From contig NZ_JBNGZE010000002.1 of NCBI RefSeq assembly GCF_052049855.1, positions 211,798 through 275,797 of the forward strand: 64,000 bases of DNA. The letters are read 5' to 3'. A program made the translations under genes and the position numbers. Of the stretch, positions 17,869 through 25,283 are shown piece after piece. The DNA comes from Candidatus Pelagibacter sp. GTDB taxonomy: Bacteria; Pseudomonadota; Alphaproteobacteria; Pelagibacterales; Pelagibacteraceae. The notes under the pieces are model-generated. The model ran no database searches, was not told the DNA's origin, and saw only the letters and a list, made by a program, of their open reading frames with translations. How positions within the stretch are numbered: position 1 is the first letter of the stretch; every line of letters begins with the position of its first letter.

Positions 17869-19963
17869 TATAGCTACTATTTTACCTTATAAAGAAAATT
17901 ATACATACGATAAAGCATCTGCTGCATCATTGTGGGTTTCAGAATTTTTTAAAAAATCTAAATACAAAAAAAATAATATTATTTATGGTCACACAAAATC
18001 AAAAAAATATTTAAGTAAAAATTATAAAAACATAAGTTTAAAAAATTTAAAATCCAAATTAAAAAGTACTACAAACGAATATGCAGTAAAATTAACAAAA
18101 GAACTAATTAATAACAATTTTGATATTGTAGAAATTCATAATAGACCACAATTACTCTTTAAATTAAAAAACAAAATTAAAAGTAAATTTATTTTTTACT
18201 TTCATAATGATCCACTATCAATGAAGGGATCAAAAACTATAAAAGAAAGATTAAAAATATTAGAAACTGTCGAAAAAATAATATTTGTTAGCGAATGGGT
18301 TAGAGAAAGATTTTTCCATGATATAGATCAAAAATTACAAACTAAAACTGAAGTAGTTTATCCAAGTGTAAATAAACAAAAAAAAATAAAAAAAGAAAAA
18401 AACATAATTTTTGTAGGAAGATTAAATTACTCTAAAGGTTATGATATTTTTAAAGAAGCTGTATTAAATATATTAGACAAATTTCCTAAATGGAAAGCTT
18501 ATTCATTAGGCGATGAGGATAGAAGAAATATTTATATTAATCATCCAAGACATAAAGAGCTTGGATTTGTTAATCATAAAAAAACATTGAATATTTTAAA
18601 CAAATCAGAAATAGCAGTAGTACCATCTAGATGGGAAGAACCATTTGGCAGAACATCATTAGAAGCTACATCTAGAGGTTGCGCTACAATAATAAGTAAT
18701 AGGGGGGGGTTAAAAGAAACTACTGATAGTGCAATTACTTTAAAAGATCTAAATTCAAAGGAACTTTATGATGAGATTAAAAAAATAATTATTAATAAAA
18801 AAAAAAGAAAATTATTACAATCTTTAGGTAGAAAAAATATTAAACACAAAATAAGTGAAAACACAAAGCTTATTGATCAAATTCGAGAAAGTTGTGTTCC
18901 CTTTTTTAATGTTAATTTAATTAAAAAGAAATTAAAAATAATTAATTTATATAATCAAGGTCAGAAACTTAATCACAGACTCTATAATATCTCTTTAGGC
19001 AAGAAATTTACTAATGGATTTGTTAGAAACGGTCATGATGTTTTAGAGATTAGTGATAGAGATTATCTAAGGAACAATAAGTCTTTTAGTTTAATTCCAA
19101 ATAAAAATAATTTTCAAAAGTTTTTAATAGACACTTTTAAAAACTATAATCCAGATATAATTTTTTTTGGACATACAAGGAATATTGAAATAAGCACATT
19201 AAATGAATTTAAATCAATAAATAAAAATCTTATTATATCTCAATGGAATGAAGATCCTGTTATGCCTAGTCTAAATTATTCACTTAAAAATATTTCAAAT
19301 ATTAAAATGTATTCTGACATAGTTGATCATAATTTTATAACCACTGATCCGTCAATTTTTAATAACAAAATTTCTAGAAAGAATTTTAACTTTTTTTTTA
19401 TTCCTGTAGATAAAAATATTGAGAGTTTTGATGTATTTAATATGAAGCCTAAAAAAGATTTATTTTATGCAATGAGTCATGGAGTTAACAGAGCTACACT
19501 TAAAGAGGGTGTCGAAGATGAAAGAATAAATTTTCTTGATAAACTAGTTAAAAAAATTCCTAATATAAAATATGATTTTTATGGATTTTCAAACAAACAA
19601 CCAATATGGGGCAATGACTTTAACAATGCGTTAATTAATTCAAAAATGGGCTTAAACTTAAGTAGAGGCAAACCAACCAAATATTATTCTAGCAATAGAA
19701 TTGCTTCGATAATGGGAAATGGATTACTTACATTTATTGATGAGAAGGTTCAAATGAAAGATTTTTTTAATAAAAATGAAATTATTTTTTATAAAAATAT
19801 TAACGATTTAGCAGATAAAATTAAATTTTATGCAAAAAATGATAGAATTAGGGTCAAAATTGCTCGTAATGGTAAAAAAAAATACTTTAAGCTTTTTAAT
19901 GAAACTAAAATTTCAAAATATTTTATAGATATATCCTTAGGTAATAAAGTATCTTTATTATAA
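17846..19963 (+). CDS. Fused two-module glycosyltransferase (N-terminal GT4-like, C-terminal CgeB/Glyco_trans_1_2-like)
   Basis: FVGRLNYSKG and VVPSRWEEPFGRTSLEA (GT4); second module with SKMGLNLSR...SNRI...IMGNG. Confidence 0.8.
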   Translation: MNLKKNLNIATILPYKENYTYDKASAASLWVSEFFKKSKYKKNNIIYGHTKSKKYLSKNYKNISLKNLKSKLKSTTNEYAVKLTKELINNNFDIVEIHNRPQLLFKLKNKIKSKFIFYFHNDPLSMKGSKTIKERLKILETVEKIIFVSEWVRERFFHDIDQKLQTKTEVVYPSVNKQKKIKKEKNIIFVGRLNYSKGYDIFKEAVLNILDKFPKWKAYSLGDEDRRNIYINHPRHKELGFVNHKKTLNILNKSEIAVVPSRWEEPFGRTSLEATSRGCATIISNRGGLKETTDSAITLKDLNSKELYDEIKKIIINKKKRKLLQSLGRKNIKHKISENTKLIDQIRESCVPFFNVNLIKKKLKIINLYNQGQKLNHRLYNISLGKKFTNGFVRNGHDVLEISDRDYLRNNKSFSLIPNKNNFQKFLIDTFKNYNPDIIFFGHTRNIEISTLNEFKSINKNLIISQWNEDPVMPSLNYSLKNISNIKMYSDIVDHNFITTDPSIFNNKISRKNFNFFFIPVDKNIESFDVFNMKPKKDLFYAMSHGVNRATLKEGVEDERINFLDKLVKKIPNIKYDFYGFSNKQPIWGNDFNNALINSKMGLNLSRGKPTKYYSSNRIASIMGNGLLTFIDEKVQMKDFFNKNEIIFYKNINDLADKIKFYAKNDRIRVKIARNGKKKYFKLFNETKISKYFIDISLGNKVSLL

Positions 19964-20911
19964 TTTTACTTTATTCAATGCATTATTTTTAAATATATTT
20001 GCCTCTTTAATATACCTTCTTACCATTTGGGTAGTTTTGTGACCCGTCATAGCCATTATACTTCTTTCATCAGCACCAGAATCTGCTGCTACTGTTGCAA
20101 AACCAGATCTTAAACTATGACCTGAAAAATTTTTATTTTCTATACCTGCCGAGTTTAAATATTCTTTAATTAACAAAACAACAGATTGATCAGTTAATCT
20201 TTTATTCGTTAATGACAAACCTTTAGAAAATCTTCTGAAAATTGGTCCAGACTTAATTTTAGAAATTTTTAACCATTTTTCGAGATTTGAAACAGGGCAA
20301 TAAATTTTATTCGTGAGGAAGGGCAGTCCTTTAACCATTCCCTCACCAAATTGGTCAGTTTTTGATCTTTTAATCCTAATTTTAAGACCTTCAGGAAAAA
20401 ATTCCAAATCCTCATAATCGATTGAAATGAGTTCTGATCTTCTAAAACCTCCCCCAAATCCAATTAAGATTAGTGATTTGTCTCTTAATTTTTTTATTTC
20501 TTCAGTTTTTTTTTCATTTATTACATTAATAATTGATTTTAAATGACTAATTAAAATAGGTTTTTTGCCGTTCTGAATGCTCCCTTTCACTCTTCTTATT
20601 CCCATTAAATTCTCAACGATGATTGGATGTTTGGTATCTAGATAATGGCCTTTTAGCTTATGAACCACACTAATTGAAACTAGTCTTCTTCTCAAAGTAC
20701 TTATTTTTGAATTTTTAGAGAGATGGGTAATGTATAATGAAACAATTTTTGGTTCAGTTGGTAAAGAATTTAAGCCATGTTTTGTACAAAATGCTCCAAA
20801 ATCTTTAAAATCAGATTTATACGCTCTTAGTGTATTATTCGACTTGGAATTTTTTAGGTTATTTAGAGTTGCTTCATGTAGAGATTTTAAGTCTGTTGTT
20901 AGCTCAGTCAT
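19958..20911 (-). CDS. Tyrosine recombinase, Cre-like
   Basis: N-terminal SAM-like domain (NTLRAYKSDF, STLRRRL); catalytic R (GFRRSEL), K (RSKTDQ), HxxR (GHSLRSG), H (TGHK), Y (MVRRY). Confidence 0.92.
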   Translation of the reverse strand: MTELTTDLKSLHEATLNNLKNSKSNNTLRAYKSDFKDFGAFCTKHGLNSLPTEPKIVSLYITHLSKNSKISTLRRRLVSISVVHKLKGHYLDTKHPIIVENLMGIRRVKGSIQNGKKPILISHLKSIINVINEKKTEEIKKLRDKSLILIGFGGGFRRSELISIDYEDLEFFPEGLKIRIKRSKTDQFGEGMVKGLPFLTNKIYCPVSNLEKWLKISKIKSGPIFRRFSKGLSLTNKRLTDQSVVLLIKEYLNSAGIENKNFSGHSLRSGFATVAADSGADERSIMAMTGHKTTQMVRRYIKEANIFKNNALNKVKL

Positions 20912-20913
20912 AT

Positions 20914-20950
20914 TATTACTATTGATAACATTTAATTATCATTACTAATA
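20914..20950. repeat. Imperfect inverted repeat, 15-7-15; candidate recombination or binding site
   Basis: TATTACTATTGATAA-CATTTAA-TTATCATTACTAATA; arms complementary at 13 of 15 positions. The repeat is observed; the function is inferred. Confidence 0.7.
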
Positions 20951-20973
20951 TATCAAGTATTTTATAATGTCAA
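20945..20973 (-). promoter_or_regulatory. Possible sigma70 promoter for the recombinase
   Basis: Minus strand TTGACA (20973-20968), 17 nt, then weak -10 TATTAG (20950-20945), inside the right repeat arm. Confidence 0.35.
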
Positions 20974-21028
20974 ATAAAATAATTTATAAACTTAAAGGAC
21001 AATTAATGACATTGTGTGGACAATAAGT

Positions 21029-21217
21029 ATGAAATATTATTTAAATATGGGCATAGACGGAGTAATTGAACCGATATATTTCTTAATAACATCTTTTGGT
21101 TTTGCAATATTAAGCTTTATTAATTATAGAAAATCTGGAAAAACTCTTGAAACTATTTATCTTTCGATTTTAACTGTTTTCTTTATAGTCTGCTTCATTA
21201 TTTTAAATTTTTATTGA
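21029..21217 (+). CDS. Small hypothetical two-TM membrane protein
   Basis: Two hydrophobic stretches separated by RKSGK; GGA 8 nt before ATG 21029; stop overlaps the next start. Confidence 0.55.
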   Translation: MKYYLNMGIDGVIEPIYFLITSFGFAILSFINYRKSGKTLETIYLSILTVFFIVCFIILNFY

Positions 21218-21486
21218 TGAAAGGGACTAAATTTCAATTAAAAGTCTGGAATTACCTTAAAACTATACCAAAAGGCACTGTTAAAACCTACAAACAGGTA
21301 GCAATAGGTATAAAAAGCCCTAAATCAGCGCGTGCCGTAGCTAATGCATGTGGAAAAAACCCTTATGCCCCCAAAATACCCTGTCATAGAGTAATTCGGT
21401 CCGATGGAGGCCTTGGTGGATACTCAGGGAGAGGTGGAATTAAGACAAAACTGCGCTTATTGAGATCTGAAAAAGTTAATATTTAG
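21217..21486 (+). CDS. ogt: Minimal O6-alkylguanine-DNA alkyltransferase (C-terminal domain only)
   Basis: IPKG.V.TY, ARAVANAC, IPCHRV with active-site Cys, GGY.G...K..LL..E; about 89 aa. Confidence 0.88.
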   Translation: MKGTKFQLKVWNYLKTIPKGTVKTYKQVAIGIKSPKSARAVANACGKNPYAPKIPCHRVIRSDGGLGGYSGRGGIKTKLRLLRSEKVNI

Positions 21487-21999
21487 TGGCTTTTTTTGCA
21501 TATTTTATGATCAAAAACATTAGTAAAATCAACGTTTTTTCAATATTTAAGCTTAATTTAATATGAATAGTAATATTCACCCTTCAGTTGCACTATATAT
21601 CGAGATATAACAAAATAAAGCACCTCTATGGCTGTTTAAAACATATATTCTATAACTGCATTGCTCTATTTTTTAATGATACCAGGGCTAAATTTAGTGT
21701 CAAATATCATTGAATTTTTAAAAATTTTTGTTTCCCTACCCACTTATTAAATTAAGAATTTTGAATTCAGTGTTTAATTGAGTAATAAAACCATTGGTAT
21801 TAAACACTTTTAAGTATTAAGGTTTATTTTCTTTATTAATATTGCTATTTTTGCCTTTATCTATTTAAAATAACAGTTATTAATTGGTTGATTTGTATTT
21901 ATTTATCTATATATAAAACATAAAAAACATAACAATTACAATAATTTATATATGTATATTAATGTATTAAATTAAATATTAGTAACTATTTATTTACTA

Positions 22000-22851
22000 T
22001 TAATTAGAACGAGTATGTAAGTATTCTCTTCTAGAAATGTACAGACCACTTAGAACAATGATAAATAAACCTAAATAAGTCCAGTTATCAGGCAATTCAT
22101 GAAAGAAATAGTAACTAATTAGTATATTGGTAATTATCTCTGTATAGCCCAAAGGAGCTAATTTAGAGGCATCAGCGTATTTTAGTGATAATATGAGGAA
22201 AAGATGCGCTACAGACGCTATAAGGCCGATTAAGGCCATTAAAATCCACTGATTTGAAGTAGGATTGACCCAAACTGAGGGCATAAACAAACTAATTATA
22301 ATTGTTCCTATTAAACCCGATAGTAAAAGGGTTAAAAGAGGATTATCAGAGGTACTGAGCTTCCTCGTGATAATAAGATAAAATCCATAACAAATTCCAT
22401 TACCTAAGGCAGCCATCGTTGCTAAATTAAGTTCTATAAAACCAGGTCTGATTACAATTAAAGTTCCAATAAATCCTAATGATACAGCAGTCCATCTCTT
22501 CACCCCTACTTTCTCATTTAAAAAAAATGGAGATAAAGCTGTAACACAAATTGGAGCAACAAAAGCTAAGGTTAAGGCTTTAGGAAGGGAAATTTCCGAT
22601 ATTGCATAAAAGAACAAATAAGTAGAAAAAACAAAAATTAATCCTCTAATTAATTGAAGGGCTGGTTTTTTCGTCCAAACTAATGAATGCCTATAAAAGA
22701 TAAGCATTAGGGATAATGTAAAGACTACAGTAAAAAAATATCTTGCCCATGTTATCTGTAAAACATCCATAGATGAGCTTAAATATTTAGCAAAAGCATC
22801 CATTACAGGAACAATCATCCAAGCAGATGCATTTAAAATTATAGCCTTCAT
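22000..22851 (-). CDS. EamA/DMT family transporter
   Basis: Two EamA repeats; MDAFAKYL, FLNEKVG..RW, ASKLAPLGY. Confidence 0.88.
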   Translation of the reverse strand: MKAIILNASAWMIVPVMDAFAKYLSSSMDVLQITWARYFFTVVFTLSLMLIFYRHSLVWTKKPALQLIRGLIFVFSTYLFFYAISEISLPKALTLAFVAPICVTALSPFFLNEKVGVKRWTAVSLGFIGTLIVIRPGFIELNLATMAALGNGICYGFYLIITRKLSTSDNPLLTLLLSGLIGTIIISLFMPSVWVNPTSNQWILMALIGLIASVAHLFLILSLKYADASKLAPLGYTEIITNILISYYFFHELPDNWTYLGLFIIVLSGLYISRREYLHTRSN

Positions 22852-22867
22852 AAAAGAAGGATATCTC

Positions 22868-23767
22868 TTAATAGAAGTATTTTAAAGCAAAGAATAATGT
22901 AATTGGAATAGTGAATAAGGAGATGATTGTAGATACTACTATTGTGCTAGATATATTATCTACAATTTCTTTTGGAGAATACATGTGAGCAATCAAATAA
23001 CACAAGATTGCACTAGGCATACAAGACTGAATTAACAAAACACCAGCTGGTATACCAGATAGATTAAAAAATTTAATTACAGCAAACCCTATAATAGGAC
23101 CTAAGATTACTCTGCCAAAAGAAGTTATTAATGCATCTTTAAAAGAAAATACTTTCATTTGTGTAAGAGCAACACCTAGCGACATAAGGATCATTACAAT
23201 CATTCCATAAGCTAAAAGCATTACAGTATTTAATACAAATTGAGGAAATGGAATTTCAAAATACAAAAAGAGTACTGTTATTAAAATTGCATAAAATGAT
23301 GGACTTTTTAATATTGTTTTAAAATCAAAGGCTCTTTTTGCTAAAAAAATATTTAAAGTAAAGTGGAGCAAAACAATAAGAGATGAAATTGCAGCTGCTA
23401 TACCCATTCCTAATTCACCATAGGCAAATAAACAAATCGGAATACCCATATTTCCTGTATTTGGTAAGATAAAAGTTGGTAATTCACGAATATAATCTTT
23501 CTTCATAAGAACAAGAAAAATTAATCCTACAACCCCAAATAATGTTAATAAGATAATTGCGTAACCAAAATATTCACTAAATAACTCAAAAGTTACTCCA
23601 CCTGCAGTGATAGCAAAAATAACAAGAGCTGGAGTTCCAAAATTACCAGCGTATGTAGTTATAAATGATGTATCAAAATTGGGATTTTTTTTTCCCAAAT
23701 GATATCCAAGTCCTACTATTAGGAATACTGGAAATAAAACTTCAAAAAGCTTTAAATATATTTCCAT
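22868..23767 (-). CDS. AEC (Mem_trans) family transporter
   Basis: PNTGNMGIP, QSCMPSA; about 10 TM segments. Confidence 0.85.
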   Translation of the reverse strand: MEIYLKLFEVLFPVFLIVGLGYHLGKKNPNFDTSFITTYAGNFGTPALVIFAITAGGVTFELFSEYFGYAIILLTLFGVVGLIFLVLMKKDYIRELPTFILPNTGNMGIPICLFAYGELGMGIAAAISSLIVLLHFTLNIFLAKRAFDFKTILKSPSFYAILITVLFLYFEIPFPQFVLNTVMLLAYGMIVMILMSLGVALTQMKVFSFKDALITSFGRVILGPIIGFAVIKFFNLSGIPAGVLLIQSCMPSAILCYLIAHMYSPKEIVDNISSTIVVSTIISLFTIPITLFFALKYFY

Positions 23768-25059
23768 TAACCAAGCAATCTTATTAATGTTGGTGTTTTT
23801 AAAATATTTTTATTTTTTTTGAAAATAGACAAACTATTATGAATATTAATATCAGTTGTTTTATGCGTAATAATAACAATTGTTGCTTTATTATTTTTTT
23901 TATCAGGTGTCTGTATTAGCCTTTTAACTGAAATTTTATATTTTGCTAAACGATTAGTTATTTCAGATAATACACCAGGCTTATCTTTTACCTCAAATCT
24001 CAAATATAACGAGTTTACATAATTATTTACATTATATGGTTTTAAAGATTTAAGCTTAGAAACACTAACACCAAAAGGTTTTTTTATATTTCCACGCAAA
24101 ATTGATAATAAATCAGAAAGTAATGATGAAGAAGTAGGACCTGGTCCAGCTCCCTCCCCTTGTAAAACAATTTCTCCAACAGGTTTACCTTGAAGAATAA
24201 CTGCATTCATTACACCGTTCACATTACCAATATAAGATTTTTTACTAACTAAACATGGATGGACGGTTTCAAAAAGATGGTTATTCTTTAACTCTGAAAT
24301 ACCTAGTAGTTTTATTCTTAAATCTAATTGATTTGCAATTTTAATATCTTTTAATTCAATTTTTTCTATTCCTTCCATTAAACATTTATGTTTAGAAATT
24401 TTACTATTAAAGGCTAATGCAGACAAAATTCTTACTTTGGCAAATGCATCAAAACCATTTAAATCTAATTTTGGATTACCAGGTTCGGCATAACCAAGAA
24501 TCTGTGCTTTTTTTAAAACGTCTGCAAAATTTTCATCTGAATTTTCCATTTCGGATAGTATGTAATTTGAAGTACCATTCAAAATTCCATATACTTTTGA
24601 TATTTTGTTTGTTGCCAATCCTTCTTTAATAGATCTTAATATTGGAATACCACCAGCAACTGATGCCTCAAATTCCAAATTAACTTTATTTTTTTCTGCA
24701 ATTTTTGCTAACTCATTGCCATGTTTTGAGATTAAAGCTTTATTGGGTGTAATAACATGGATTTTACTTTTTAAAGCAGTTTCGACAACTTTTTTAGAAA
24801 TACCATCTGATAAACCTATGGCTTCAAATAATATATCAATATTATTTTTCTTAAAAATTTCTAAAGGATTTTTGTAAAATATTTTTTTATTAACTTTGAA
24901 TTTTCGTTTTTTGTTAACACTTCTTGCAGAAACAGCCACCACATTAATTTTCTTACCTGTTTTAAGCTCAATATCTTTTTTTTTTGTATTAAGTTCATTT
25001 AGCAAATAATTGCCAACCTGACCAAGTCCTACTACTGCAATATTAATTAATTTACTCAT
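23767..25059 (-). CDS. hom: Homoserine dehydrogenase with C-terminal ACT domain
   Basis: GLGQVG, FEASVAGGIP, GILNGT, GAGPGPT, DKPGVL. Confidence 0.95.
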   Translation of the reverse strand: MSKLINIAVVGLGQVGNYLLNELNTKKKDIELKTGKKINVVAVSARSVNKKRKFKVNKKIFYKNPLEIFKKNNIDILFEAIGLSDGISKKVVETALKSKIHVITPNKALISKHGNELAKIAEKNKVNLEFEASVAGGIPILRSIKEGLATNKISKVYGILNGTSNYILSEMENSDENFADVLKKAQILGYAEPGNPKLDLNGFDAFAKVRILSALAFNSKISKHKCLMEGIEKIELKDIKIANQLDLRIKLLGISELKNNHLFETVHPCLVSKKSYIGNVNGVMNAVILQGKPVGEIVLQGEGAGPGPTSSSLLSDLLSILRGNIKKPFGVSVSKLKSLKPYNVNNYVNSLYLRFEVKDKPGVLSEITNRLAKYKISVKRLIQTPDKKNNKATIVIITHKTTDINIHNSLSIFKKNKNILKTPTLIRLLG

Positions 25060-25283
25060 TTGCTTATATCTGGATATTTACTTTTTTTTGTATAGTCATC
25101 TATATAAATCTCATACTCCTCTAATGTCATTGATGTTATATCGTCTGACTTTTTTAATATCTGATTTAATTTTTTTTGATTAGTTTTATTTTCGATAGAA
25201 TTTTCTGTCCAATATTGAGAATCTTTGTTTAATGAACAATTTGCCAATATTAAAGAATAAAAAATTATTATAAATTTTCTCAT
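25056..25283 (-). CDS. Small hypothetical lipoprotein
   Basis: Signal peptide with lipobox LANC; overlaps both neighbours by 4 nt. Confidence 0.65.
   Translation of the reverse strand: MRKFIIIFYSLILANCSLNKDSQYWTENSIENKTNQKKLNQILKKSDDITSMTLEEYEIYIDDYTKKSKYPDISK

Noticed and set aside
20924-20941. Fur or FNR box reading of TGATAA...TTATCA
   Set aside because: The 7-bp spacing fits neither the Fur 7-1-7 nor the FNR TTGAT-N4-ATCAA geometry.
21951-21972. TATGTATATTAATGTATTAAAT loosely like the dif core and XerD arm
   Set aside because: Needs insertions to align, has no XerC arm and is almost all A/T.
17515-21999. Integrative element at tRNA-Glu mobilised by the recombinase
   Set aside because: No duplication of the tRNA 3' end seen at either side of the recombinase or in the gap; the recombinase is not adjacent to the tRNA; no phage or conjugation genes. 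Remains a weaker alternative.
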